Program-made: the position numbers and the translations under genes
Notes under the pieces: model-generated
Databases searched by the model: none
The model's input: only the letters and a program-made list of their open reading frames with translations
What the model was told of the DNA's origin: nothing
Shown here: piece by piece, positions 40,861-53,420 of the stretch
Layout: every line of letters begins with the position of its first letter
Numbering within the stretch: the first letter of the stretch is position 1
From: Eledone cirrhosa
Lineage: Eukaryota
Length of the DNA stretch: 64,000 bases
Assembly: GCA_964016885.1 (NCBI GenBank)
Contig: OZ024742.1
Coordinates: 170,624,001 to 170,688,000 of the forward strand
Direction: 5' to 3'

Positions 40861-41442
40861 GTAACATGTATGCCAGTACAACCTGTCTCATGGTCGGGTC
40901 GTTGGCGACTAAACTGGCAACCCCACCAAGGTTTCTTGGTGAGGAGGGTGACTTTGGACATCCTGCAGGACTAAAAACAAAACCTGTCAAAGGGCAAAGG
41001 AGCTCTTAAGAGTCAATGGCCATCCAAAATCACCGGGAGAGATGACCCCTTAGCCTTTGTCAAGGCAGAATTCTAGGAGAAGGAAAACTCTGATATAACA
41101 CCTGCAGCCCTGATGGTATCCAATGATGTTGACTTGTTCTTCTTTTTGGTAAATATCATCTTGGTTAAGAAAGTGGGACTGGCTTTGTGCAGTGCCTTTG
41201 CTCACTATAAAAGCTTCACAGCACAGGCATTGCTTTGTATCTGGAGATCTCTCTGTACTTGTCGTCACATGGTACCATGGGCCCAGCATTATGTGTCAAT
41301 AATTGTCACAGGTGTAGTGTTTGTACCAGAGTTTTCAAGTCGCTGGCTGGACTAAAATGTCACTCGTTCAGCGCATCGGTAGGAGTTCTCCTACATGGAT
41401 ATAAAGTAGTGGCCGTACTCGAAAACGAGTTGGCAGCCACCA
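40861..41442 (+). mobile_element. (TATG)n retroposon copy
   Basis: Aligns along its length with 25236-25840; (TATG)n on both sides. Confidence 0.85.
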
Positions 41443-42092
41443 TGTATGTACGTATGTATGTATGTATGTATGTATGTATGTATGTATGTATGTATGTATG
41501 TATGTATGTATGTATGTATGTATGTATGTATGTATGTATGTATGTTTGTATGTATGTATGTATGTATGTATGTATGTATGCATGCATGCATATATGTATG
41601 TATGTATGCATGCATGTATGTATGTTTATATGCATGCATGCATGTATGTATGTATGTATGTATGTATGTATGTATGTATGTATGTATGTATGTATGTATG
41701 TATGTATGCATGTATGTATGCATGTTTGTATGTATGTATGTATGTATGTATGTATGTATGTATGCATGCATGCATGCATGCATGCATGCATGTATGTATG
41801 TATGTATGTATGTATGCATGCATGCATATATGTATGTATGTATGCATGCATGTATGTATGTATATATGCATGCATGCATGTATGTATGTATGTATGTATG
41901 TATGTATGTATGTATGTATGTATGTATGTATGTATGTATGTATGTATGTATGTATGTATGTATGTTTGTATGTATGTATGTATGTATGTATGTATGTATG
42001 TATGTATGTATGTATGTATGTATGTATGTATGTATGTATGTATGTATGTATGCATGTATGTATGCATGTTTGTATGTATGTATGTATGTATG

Positions 42093-42121
<29 letters not shown>
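41443..42121. repeat. (TATG/CATG)n array; one of many TA, CA, GA, TATG, TTC and TAC microsatellites
   Basis: Direct reading. Other long arrays: (TA)n 18250-18630, (TTC)n 27192-27412, (TTG)-rich 37430-37815, TA/TACA 55635-56345, (TAC)n 60180-60480. Confidence 0.97.
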
Positions 42122-42123
<2 letters not shown>

Positions 42124-42124
42124 G

Positions 42125-42460
42125 AAATAATCGGGCTGGATACACGATCGCGCAGTTAAACCACTGGGAGTGAAGGACCCCTAGCCTTTGTCAGGACATT
42201 CTTCTAGGAGAAGGCAGCTCAGGAAACTGGGATGACTTCGACATAAAACCTGCGGCTCAGTAGTTACCGATGATGTTGATCTTTTTTTTTCGGGTTATAG
42301 CTAATGTCGCTCAGAGGCTGGGATTGGCTCGGTGCACAGCCTTTCCTCACTTTAAAAAAATCTTCACTCACAAGCATTGCACGATAGAATTAATTGATAA
42401 TTATTAATAATGTTATATCGTGCAATGGCCATACTCGATAATTAGGGGCAGGCATCATCT
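42125..42460 (+). mobile_element. Diverged relative of the (TATG)n retroposon
   Basis: Contains gacccctagcctttgtca, ctaggagaagg and tggccatactcgataa...ggcaggcatcat. An isolated 3' end in reverse orientation lies at about 62120-62165. Confidence 0.65.
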
Positions 42461-43098
42461 ATGTATGTACGTATGTATGTGTGTATATATGTATGCATGC
42501 ATGTATGTATGTACTCTTGATAAATCGTAGCGCTACCCTACTGGCATACGGCCTTTCTTGGGTATTTTAAAACTGGCGAAGTTCATCTCTTCAGATCTGA
42601 ACACAGCAGATTTTTTCTTCTTTTTCCCGGTACTAGACTGGTACTTTTTTTATTGACCCCGAAAGGATAAGAGGCAAAGATCCCTCGGCAGGATATGAAC
42701 ACCACAAGCCATTCTATCTGATGTTTTAATGACTCTGATAATTGGCTGCCTCATACGATGATAATCAAGAGAAAAAGCCGCATTAAATTTCACTGGACAG
42801 CGAAGAGAAGAATATCAAGTTGTGTTACAGTTTAATGTTAATGAGGTAAGAATAATGCTAATTGTCGCAATAAGTGTTAGAGTGAAGAGGACCGATTATA
42901 AATAATTAATTCTCTACTGCATTAATGAAGAAAATTTTAGCAATAATAATAAATAGGATCAATTCTGAAACAATTGAAAATATCACACACACATACATAG
43001 ACACACAAACACATATCACTACACATACACACACACACACACAGACACACACAGACACACATAGACACACACAGATACAGACACACACACACATATAG

Positions 43099-43131
<33 letters not shown>

Positions 43132-43720
43132 ATATTGGTGAAGTCAGGCAAATGAACGAATATAGACAGTCCCATTTCATCAGTCGACCGCTAGGGTTGT
43201 GTTGTTTTAGTGCTTTAAGATCGATACAACTGGCTCAAGTGGAAGAGAGACAGTGACATCATTTAAATTCATACTCAGGTTTTTTTTTTCACACTATATA
43301 TCTATATATATATATATGTATATCGAAAATAATAATAAAGATTTGAAGACGCATCCAGAGTCTTTTTTTATATATACGTGCAAATTTAAAGTGTAGAATG
43401 TAAAGAAATTAGTTAGACAGACTAAAGATTAAAAATACAGTTGGGTTTTCAGAAATAATCATGATTAGAGAGTGTTGAAGTTTGCTTGAAGCATTGTGGA
43501 ATAATACATTTTTTTTGGTCGTTTTGGAAGTCTCAACAATGCAGATGGGTAAATCTCCGGGTAACAGAATCCAGTGGTGAAGAGAGAGATGTAAGGGAAT
43601 GTTGAATGAGATGTATGTATGTATGTATGTATGTATGTATGTATGTATGTATGTATGTATGTATGTATGTATGTATGTATGTATGTATGTATGTATGTAT
43701 GTATGCATGTATGTATGTAT

Positions 43721-44322
43721 GGTCACCAGTTGGTGCTACTGGTAACATGTATCCCAGTACCACCTGTCTCATGGTCGGGTCGTTGGCAACTAAACTGGCA
43801 ACCCCACCAAGGTTTCTTGGTGAGGAGAGTGACTTTGGACATCCTGCAGGACTAAAAACAAAACCTGTCAAAGGGCAAAGGAGCTCTTAAGACTCAATGG
43901 CCATCCAAAATCACCGGGAGAGATGACCTCTTAGCCTTTGTCAAGGTAGAATTCTAGAAGGAAAACTCTGATATAACACCTGCAACCCTGATGGTATCCA
44001 ATGATGTTGACTTGTTCTTCTTTTTGGTAAATATCATCTTGGTTAAGAGAGTGGGACTGGCTTTGTGCAGAGCCTTTGCTCACTATAAAAGCTTCACGGC
44101 ACAGGCATTGCTTTATATCTGGAGATCTCTCTGCACTTGTCGTCACATGGTACCAAGGGCCCAGCACTATGTGTCAATAATTGTCACAAGTGTAGTGTTT
44201 GTACCAGAGTTTTCAAGTCGCTGGCTGGACTAAAAAGTCACACTCGTTCAGCGCATCGGTAGGGGTTCTCCTACATGGATATAAAGTAGTGGCCGTACTC
44301 TAAAACGAGTTGGCAGCCACCA
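43721..44322 (+). mobile_element. (TATG)n retroposon copy
   Basis: Aligns along its length with 25236-25840; (TATG)n on both sides. Confidence 0.85.
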
Positions 44323-44344
44323 TGTATGTATGTACGTATGTATG

Positions 44345-44545
44345 TATTAGTTAAAAGACTAAAAACAAAAGAGGAGTGACCGTAAACTGTGTTGTTCTAT
44401 CAGTAAGATCCATATGTATTGGTAATTTAGAACATTTGTGGATTGATTGTTAGTTGGAGAGGGAATTCCAGAGTGGCGCTAAAGTAGTCTGGAAGGAGGA
44501 TTTGGTAGCAATCTAGTGTGGGATTCTGGAGTGATAGGAAAGGTT
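44345..44545 (-). mobile_element. CR1/L2-like LINE 3' fragment
   Basis: Minus strand reads SFQTTLAPLWNSL (WNSLP-like terminal motif); short and decayed. Confidence 0.35.
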
Positions 44546-44562
44546 CGTGTACAATATATATA

Positions 44563-45085
44563 CGAGGTGTGTCAGAAAAGTTCCAGGACTGATGTCATAA
44601 AAGGTTTATTTCAAACCCAAAGTTCACACTAAGAGTTTTCTCCTTCAAAGTAATCCCCCTGGAGTATGTAACTGTAATCTTAGCTCTCTGCAACGATCAA
44701 ACTTTTTTCTTCATAATTTTATATACATGTCCTCTGATTTAGGTGGTCAAGCAATGAGCACAGAGCAACAAAGAAACTTGAAAACTCCGTCAGAAGCACT
44801 GAGATTGCTACAACAAGTGTATGGAGATGAGACGATGTCACGCTCACGTGTTTTTGAGTGGTGCAAGAGATTTAAAGAAGGACGCGAGGACGTGGAAGAT
44901 GACCCCAGGAGCGGAAGGCCCTCAACAACCAGGACTGAGGTCAACGTTGAGCGCGTCAGGCAGATGGTGCGTAGTGACCGTCGGCTGACTGTTCGACTGA
45001 TGGCAAATGATCTGGGCATGAATCAGGACAGCGTCTGGAAGATTCTCACTGAAGATTTGGACATGCGGAAAGTCTGCATGAAAGT
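44563..45085 (+). mobile_element. 3'-truncated mariner transposon
   Basis: TA plus TIR-like cgaggtgtgtcagaaaagttcc. ORF with the mariner HTH region LQQVYGDETMSRSRVFEWCKRFKEGREDVEDDPRSGRPST...DLDMRKVC, ending before WVPR and the DDD domain. Confidence 0.9.
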
Positions 45086-45843
45086 CTTTAGTCTAATATT
45101 GCAAATATTCACAGCTCTGTCCACTAGTAACGAAACTACAAACATTTGAATTAACAAACTCTTTTTTAGATGTTTGTAAATGTGTGTGTGTTTGGTTATT
45201 GTATGTCTTTAAATAGAGTTCATTCTTACTTGTGTGTGTGCGTCTGTGTGCGTGTGTGTGCGTGTGTGTGTGCGTGTGTGTGTGCGTGTGTGCACGTGCA
45301 CGCGTGTGTGTATGCATGGTCGTGTGTGTGTGGAGGGGGGGGGGGCTTGTGTGTGTGTACGCGTGTGTATGAGTGATCGATAAAATATGTACCAGACCTA
45401 TAAGAAACAGAAATGCGGTTGATATAATCAATTAAATTCCTTGAAGGTATTGCTACAGCATGGCCGCAATCGAATTCCTGAGGCTTTTGGCACAAAGTCA
45501 GCAATTATCTCAGTTGTATTACTGGTATTTTATTTATCGACCCCGTAAGGATGAAAAGCAAAGTTAACCTGAATTTATATTGTAAAGGGCCGCAACTCCA
45601 TACTACAAAGCATTTTTTCGACCCTCTACCGATACTGCCTATGTACAAAAATGAATAATGTAAGGAGATGTAAACATCTATTTTAAAAACAGAATAGATG
45701 TTTTTGTCTAAGGGAAATAACTCTCATATTACAATGGCATAATTTCAAGTTCTCTCCCTTGTAAATATTGTAAATGCCGCTGAGTGATGTATTCAGCTAC
45801 TGCTTCTTTTCTCAGGTTCTCATGATCATGACGAATTTACTAT

Positions 45844-45969
<126 letters not shown>

Positions 45970-46189
45970 AATTAGCTTAGCTGATGTGATTAAGACATTA
46001 GCTTCGTAACAACATGGTGCTGCTGCTGATGATGATAGTGGTGGTGATGGTTGGCTCCACACGTTTTAAAATGGTTTAGCGGTGTGATTTTGAACGCGGG
46101 GCGCACGCTCTCCAAGGGTGGTTTGGGGGAAGTTTGAATATTGGAGGATTCTTGTGACGCTAAACTCCGCCAGATGCAGACTGCGCATC

Positions 46190-46890
46190 AATATGAGATA
46201 TTTTTCTCCACAAAGTTAGATCACTAGCAGCAGAGTTCAAAGAGCAAAGATCAACTCCAGTCCATAAGTTGACATTGTCAAGCCGTCGTTTTGGCTGCCG
46301 GCTCTGCTTCTCTTACCAGTCAACCTTCCTTCTAGTCATAACCTACATACACCACGAGTTGATCTTTTTATATGGCCGTATAGTTTGGGTAGTCATGATT
46401 TGACAATTGATTTAATTGGTCTGAGTCTGGTAATGTTGAGCAGCTCACTGATACAGATACTGTCGCTGAGCCGCTTGCCAGTCATAAGTCTCATGATGTG
46501 GTTCTGGAATGTAGAGAGCTTCTGGGGTAACCTTGTCGTCCAATTAAGACAGTCAAGGCCATATTACACAACTGGTAGGCTGTAAGTATCAAAGATCGTA
46601 GCCTTCAAATGATAGGAAACTCGTTTTGATGTTAGTACTTCCTTGTTCTTGTTGAAAGCTTCCCAACCTAGAGTGATGCGATACTGTGCAGCAACTATTC
46701 TATTGTTGTTTGATGATAGTTTGTGAACGAGATATACAAACTCCGTAACTTGAGCAATTTGCTGGTTGTAGATCGTGAGTTGGAGATTGGCATTGTTTTT
46801 ATCAGTTGTCATACACTTTATTTTGTAGATGTTGATGTGTAAGCCAACCTCCAGCGAATGTTTGGCCAATACATTCAGAGTCTCGCAGAT
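46190..46890 (-). mobile_element. Decayed RTE-clade LINE fragment (RT thumb and C-terminus)
   Basis: GLHINIYKIKCM...QVTEFVYL...RITLGWEAF...LPVV, continuing to YG...LYGHIKR...LEGR. Confidence 0.8.
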
Positions 46891-47069
46891 CGGTTCTAGA
46901 GTAATTCATGATAGCCAGATATTGGAGGATGGGGCGAGTCATATCTAAATTTCACATTATACCATATTAATGGTGAACATGTTTTTATATTGAGAAAGGG
47001 AATCAGTCTTTTTGGTGTTGAGGTGGTGTCACAGAGCACAAATATGTTACGAACCACTAGTTTAAACAA

Positions 47070-47277
47070 CATGATCGACTACTCGTTGCTCTCTTGCTCT
47101 GGAACCCTGACTCCAGCCTGACAAGGAGTAGGAAGCTGTCATTCCCTGACGTTATCTCTAGGGATACGGGAATCAGTAGACGGGACCTGGGGGCAGCGAT
47201 GGGGGACAGGGAATTCTGGGGCATGAAAGTGAGATCCATCATCTCGACAGTAGTCGACGAATGATGATGATGATGAC
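47070..47277 (+). mobile_element. RTE-type LINE 3' end with (TGA)n tail
   Basis: LLWNP...SFPDVISRDTG...AMGDREFW followed by a short UTR and tgatgatga. Confidence 0.6.
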
Positions 47278-47854
47278 TAGTTGCAAATACTACCTTAATT
47301 CGCGAGATGGAATGGCTCTTCCAGCACATCTACCTTACCATCCACCGGGGTAACGCCTTCTCCATTCTGTCCACCGGGGCTGTGGGGCTCACTATACAGA
47401 AAGATGGGGAGGGTGCGAGAGATGGGGGCGATGATGGTGGGAGTTCGTCTCTTCCGTGTTCGGACACATTGCATCTGTCAAGAGTATATTTTCATACTTG
47501 TGACGAACATTGTGAATTCCTGTTTATAGTTTGAATCCTTAGAACGCAACTATAACTTACAGTACGACTCGTCCTTGTGTCATCACCGGCATTTTTAATG
47601 TCTTGTACTATATGGAATCACATTAGCAAAACATTCTTAGAACGTACAACATATCAAAATGGCTGCATCACATTAAAAAAACAAAATCTTTACTCTAATA
47701 CTACACATTTTCAGAATGATTTGTTCACTAGTAAATATATTATAAACAATTGAATTAACAAACCACACGAAGAGACGTGAGATAACTATAGCAGATAAAG
47801 TGATATACCTTTAATATAAAATAACGTAATATAATTTTGATATCAGATGACGTG

Positions 47855-48200
47855 AGGGTCACTCTAGGTAGAACCATTACTTTTCCGAATTGAGAGATTA
47901 CAGCTCGGATACTATGGACATGGGATTAGAATGTCTCAGGAAAGAATCGATGGATAGATTTTACGGACAAAACCACCCAGCAAGAGACCCAAGGGCAGAC
48001 CCTGAGCAAACTGGTTGGATAGCATCCACCAGCTTGTCTGGTCTCGCTTGGGGATCCAGCCGTATCAGTTGGGGACTGTTGCTTCTGACAGGATTCGCTG
48101 GAAGGAATGTTTGAGGACTCTTCCCCCTCGTCCCTCTCAGGAATAATTGGGCGAAGAAGAAGAAGAAGAAGAAGAAGAAGAAGAAGAAGAAGAAGAAGAA

Positions 48201-48243
<43 letters not shown>
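47855..48243 (+). mobile_element. RTE LINE 3' end with (GAA)n tail
   Basis: Reverse-complement homolog of 29309-29600; (GAA)n at 48153-48243. Confidence 0.75.
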
Positions 48244-48244
<1 letters not shown>

Positions 48245-49273
48245 CGTGAGAGAACTTTAATATCAGATGACGTGATATAACTTTAATGTCTGACAATATA
48301 GATTAATTGTTTCTACTAAGCAAAGAATCGCTGCTGTCACCCTTAACGGGATCTTCTGAAACTATAAAAAAAAAAAAAAAATCAATCTGTGAACGCAGAA
48401 GTAAATATTTCGAAAAAAGTTGCAACCGAAGGAAAACAGGAAGACGATACTTGGGTTCGTGGAGACGTTTCCTGGCAATGAACGAAAAATAGCGAAGATA
48501 ATACGTCGTTATGTGGATCGTTGTGAACAATTACACGAAAAGACAAAACCACGTTTATGGTATAAATGGAGTCATTATACTAGTATTCTATTTAGGAAAC
48601 CGAATAATTCTCGGCTTCGGAGTTAAGAACAATTGTTTCTACTTTTGGCACAAGGCCAGCAATTACCCAGTGCATTACTGGTACTTTATTTTATTGACCC
48701 CGTAGAGTTAAGAATAATTGTTTCTACTTTAGGCACAAAGCCAGCAATTTTCCAGTGCATTACTGGTACTTTATTTTATCGACCCCGTAAGGATGAAAGC
48801 AAAGTCAACCTCGGCGGGATTTGAACTCAGATCGTAAAGGGACGTAACTATGCTGGAAAGCATGGCGTCCGACCCTCTACTGATACAGCCAATCCACCGC
48901 CCTGTTTCCTGGTAGAGTTAAGAATAATGTAAATAAATTAGTTGAATGATGGCTCTTCCAGCGCGTCTCCCTCACCATCCTCCGGGAAAACGCCTTCCAT
49001 ATCCTGTCTGCCGGGGCCATGGAGCAACCAGCACGTGGGTCCCTATTTGCTCATAAAAGTGAGAGATGGGGAGAGCGGGAGAGAGGGAGGCAGTGACAGT
49101 GGGAGTTACGTCCCCTTGTGTTCGAACCTGGTGTATATGTATATGTTTCACGGACACACACTGATAGCATCAATCAAGGTAGAATAGTGAACAACTAACT
49201 CTGGCTTAAATAATTACCACGTATTTATAATATTAAAATGCTTTATATACGTATGTTGCAAGAATGGAGAACT

Positions 49274-49351
<78 letters not shown>

Positions 49352-50329
49352 ATTGAAGTGAAATCGGTAAGAGAGAGAAAAATGTTTATTGGAGGGAGTA
49401 GTAACGGTGAGAGGAAGAAGAACGTGAAGGGCATTTACGTACAATATGTTGCATTGTTGGAGGAAGAGACAAAGTGAAAATGAGAGAGAGAGAGATAAGG
49501 GAGGACGAGAGAGAGAGAGGGAGGGAGAGAGAGCGAGAGAGAGAAGGGGAAATAGAGAGGGCAGGAGAGAGAGAGAGAGAGATTCCAGAGAAAGACATTT
49601 CAAACTGTCTTCTGTTATTAACTGTTGACTTTTGAAGCACTGTTTATCTTTGATTACGATTTTCAGTCTCTCGTGTTTATCTTTTATTCAACTTTCAGGA
49701 AGTAATGTTTTTCTTTGATTTGGCTATTCTCAGAGCAAACCTATCTCAATTTTACTTATTCTATTTAGTTTTTTTCATGTTATTAATAACTGTTTGTTGT
49801 TATTTTAGTCATGAAACACCTTCAGAATCTTACTTTGATATTCCAATCTTCTAAATTTTTAGATTAAGAAATCCCCAGTTGTAATAAAAAGCACCAAAAA
49901 TAAAGTAATATAATGATCCTATTTGTATTGCTTATTTCCAGTCTGCTGTACTTTAAGCCAGGCTAGTGATATTTTGATATTTTAAATACAAGAATTATCT
50001 CACTTGTTAAGATCTCTGACACTTCTGCCAATGAGATTAGGAAATACAATCTCTAGAGAGTTATAAATAGTGTGTAGTTTAACAACTGCAATGGTGGATA
50101 TAAGAAATATAGCTTTAACACGTTGGGTAATAGACTATCGCAGTTCTAATACCGCAGTGTGACGCAGCATAGCCGAATTGTTAAGATGTTCGCTTCGCAA
50201 TTATGAAGTTCCAGGTTCGCTAAATAACTTTGATATGTTACCGTGCAGTAACTTCGAAATATTGTCGCTCACTTGCTTTGAAATATTGCCGCCCAGTAAT
50301 GTTGATATTGCTGACGTGCATAACTGTGA

Positions 50330-53300
50330 AACGCTGTCACTCAGTAACATTGAACTATTGTCGCTCAGTAGCTTTAAAACATTGTCGCTCAGTAACTTTG
50401 AAATGTTGCTTCTCAGTAACTTTGAAATGCTACTTAGTAGCTTTGAAATGTTGCTGCTCAGTAGCTTTGAAACATTGCTGCTTAGTAGCTTTGAAACGTT
50501 GCTGCTCAGTAACTTTGGAACGCTGCTGCTCAGTAACTTTGAAACGTTGCTGCTCAGTAGCATTGAAACGTTGCTGCTCAGTAGCATTGAAACGTTGTTG
50601 CTTAGTAGCTTTGAAACGTTGCTGCTCAGTAACTTTGGAACACTGCTGCTCAGTAACTTTGAAACGTTGCTGCTCAGTAGCATTGAAACGTTGCTGCTCA
50701 GTAGCATTGAAACGTTGTTGCTTAGTAGCTTTGAAACGTTGCTGCTCAGTAACTTTGGAACGCTGCTGCTCAGTAACTTTGAAACGTTGCTGCTCAGTAG
50801 CATTGAAACGTTGCTGCTCAGTAGCATTGAAACGTTGCTGCTCAGTAACTTTGAAACGTTGCTGCTCAGTAGCTTTGAAACGTTGCTCAGTAGCTTCGAA
50901 ACGTTGCTGCCCAGTAGCTTTGAAACGTTGCTGCTCAGTAATTTTGAAACGTTGCTGCTCAGTAACTTTGAAACGTTGCTGCTTAGTAGCTTTGAAACGT
51001 TTCTGCTTCGTAGCTTTGAAACGTTGCTGCTCAGTAGCTTTGAAACGTTTCTGCTCAGTAACTTTGAAACGTTGCTGCTTTGTAGCTTTGAAACGTTGTT
51101 GCTCAGTAGCTTTGAAACGTTGCTGCTTAGTAGTTTTGAAACGTTGCTGCTCAGCAGCTTTGAAACGTTGCTGCTCAGTAGCTTTGAAACGTTGCTGCTC
51201 AGTAGCTTTGAAACCTTTCTGCTCAGTAGCTTTGAAACGTTTCTGCTTAGTAGCTTTGAAACGTTGTTGCTAAGTAGCTTTCAAATGTTGCTGCTTAGTA
51301 GCTTTGAAACGTTGCTGCTCAGTAGCTTTGAAACGTTTCTGCTTAGTAACTTTGAAACGTTTCTGCTTAGTAGCTTTGAAACGTTGCTGCTCAGTAGCTT
51401 TGAAACGTTGTTGCTCAGTAGCTTTGAAACGTTTCTGCTTAGTAGCTTTGAAACGTTGCTGCTCAGTAGCTTTGAAACGTTGTTGCTCAGTAGCTTTGAA
51501 ACGTTGCTGCTCAGTAGCTTTGAAATGTTGCTGTTCAGTAGCTTTGAAACGTTTCTGCTTAGTAGCTTTGAAACGTTGTTGCTCAGTAGCTTTTAAACGT
51601 TGCTGCTCAGTAGCTTTGAAACGTTGCTGCTTTGTAGCTTTGAAATGTTGCTGCTTAGTAGCTTTGCAACGTTGCTGCTTAGTAGCTTTGAAACGTTGCT
51701 GCTCAGTAACTTTGAAACGCTGCTGCTTATTAGCTTTGAAACGTTGCTGCTCAGTAGCTTTGAAACGTTGCTGCTTTGTAGCTTTGAAACGTTGCTGCTT
51801 CGTAGCTTTGAAACGTTGTTGCCCAGTAACTTTGAAACGTTGCTGCTCAGTAACTTTGAAACGTTGCTGCTCAGTAGCTTTGAAACGTTGCTGCTCAGTA
51901 ACTTTGAAACGTTGCTGCTCAGCAGCTTTGAAACGTTGCTGCTCAGTAGGTTTGAAACGTTGCTGCTCAGTAGCTTTGAAACGTTTCTGCTTAGTAGCTT
52001 TGAAACGTTGCTGCTCAGTAGCTTTGAAACGTAGCTGCTTAGTAGCTTTGAAACGTTGCTGATCAGCAGCTTTGAAACGTTGCTGCTCAGTAGCTTTGAA
52101 ACGTTGCTGCTCAGTAGCTTTGAAACGTTGCTGATCAGTAGCTTTGAAACGTTGCAGCTCAGTAACTTTGAAACGTTGCTGCTTATTAGCTTTGAAACGT
52201 TGCTGCTTTGTAGCTTTGAAACGTTGCTGCTCAGTAGCTTTGAAACGTAGCTGCTTAGTAGCTTTGAAACGTTGCTGCTCAGCAGCTTTGAAACGTTGCT
52301 GCTCAGTAGCTTTGAAACGTTGCTGCTTTGTAGCTTTGAAATGTTGCTGCTTAGTAGCTTTGAAACGTTGCTGCTCAGTAGCTTTGAAACGTTGCTGCCC
52401 AGTAGCTTTGAAACGTTGCTGCTTAGTAGCTTTGAAACGTTGCTGCTCAGTAACTTTGAAACGTTGCTGCTTATTAGCTTTGAAACGTTGCTGCTTTGTA
52501 GCTTTGAAACGTTGCTGCTCAGTAACTTTGAAACGTTTCTGCTTAGTAGCTTTGAAACGTTGCTACTCAGTAACTTTGAAACGTTTCTGCTTAGTAGCTT
52601 TGAAACGTTGCTACTCAGTAACTTTGAAACGTTGCTGCTTTGTAGCTTTGAAACGTTGCTGCTTCGTAGCTTTGAAACGTTGCTGCCCAGTAGCTTTGAA
52701 ACGTTGCTGCTCAGTAGATTTGAAACGTTGCTGCTCAGTAGCTTTGAAACGTTGCTGCTTTGTAGCTTTGAAACGTTGCTGCTTCGTAGCTTTGAAACGT
52801 TGCTGCCCAGTAGCTTTGAAACGTTGCTGCTCAGTAGCTTTGAAACGTTTCTGCTTAGTAACTTTGAAACGTTTCTGCTTAGTAGCTTTGAAACGTTGCT
52901 GCTCAGTAGCTTTGAAACGTTGCTGCTCAGTAGCTTTGAAACGTTTCTGCTTAGTAGCTTTGAAACGTTGTTGCTCAGTAGCTTTGAAACGTTGCTGCTC
53001 AGTAACTTTGAAACGTTGCTGCTCAGTAGCTTTGAAACGTTGCTGCTCAGTAGCTTTGAAACGTTGCTGCTCAGTAGCTTTGAAACGTTTCTGCTTAGTA
53101 GCTTTGAAACGTTGTTGCTCAGTAGCTTTGACACGTTGCTGCTCAGTAGCTTTGAAACGTTGCTGCTCAGTAGCTTTGAAACGTTTCTGCTTAGTAACTT
53201 TGAAACGTTTCTGCTTAGTAACTTTGAAACGTTGTTGCTCAGTAGCTTTGAAACGTTGCTGCTCAGTAGCTTTGAAATGTTTCTGCTCAGTAGCTTTGAA

Positions 53301-53420
53301 ACGTTGCTGCTCAGTAGCTTTGAAACGTTGCTGCTCAGTAGCTTTGAAACGTTGCTGCTCAGTAACTTTGAAACGTTGCTGCTCAGTAATTTTGAAATGT
53401 TGTCACTCAGTAGCTTTCAA
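50330..53420. repeat. 24-bp minisatellite, about 125-130 copies, with degenerate edges
   Basis: Unit agtagctttgaaacgttgctgctc. Confidence 0.97.

Noticed and set aside
42770-42845. Possible exon ending at GAG|GTAAGA
   Set aside because: No credible acceptor, no recognisable protein motif and no partner exons.
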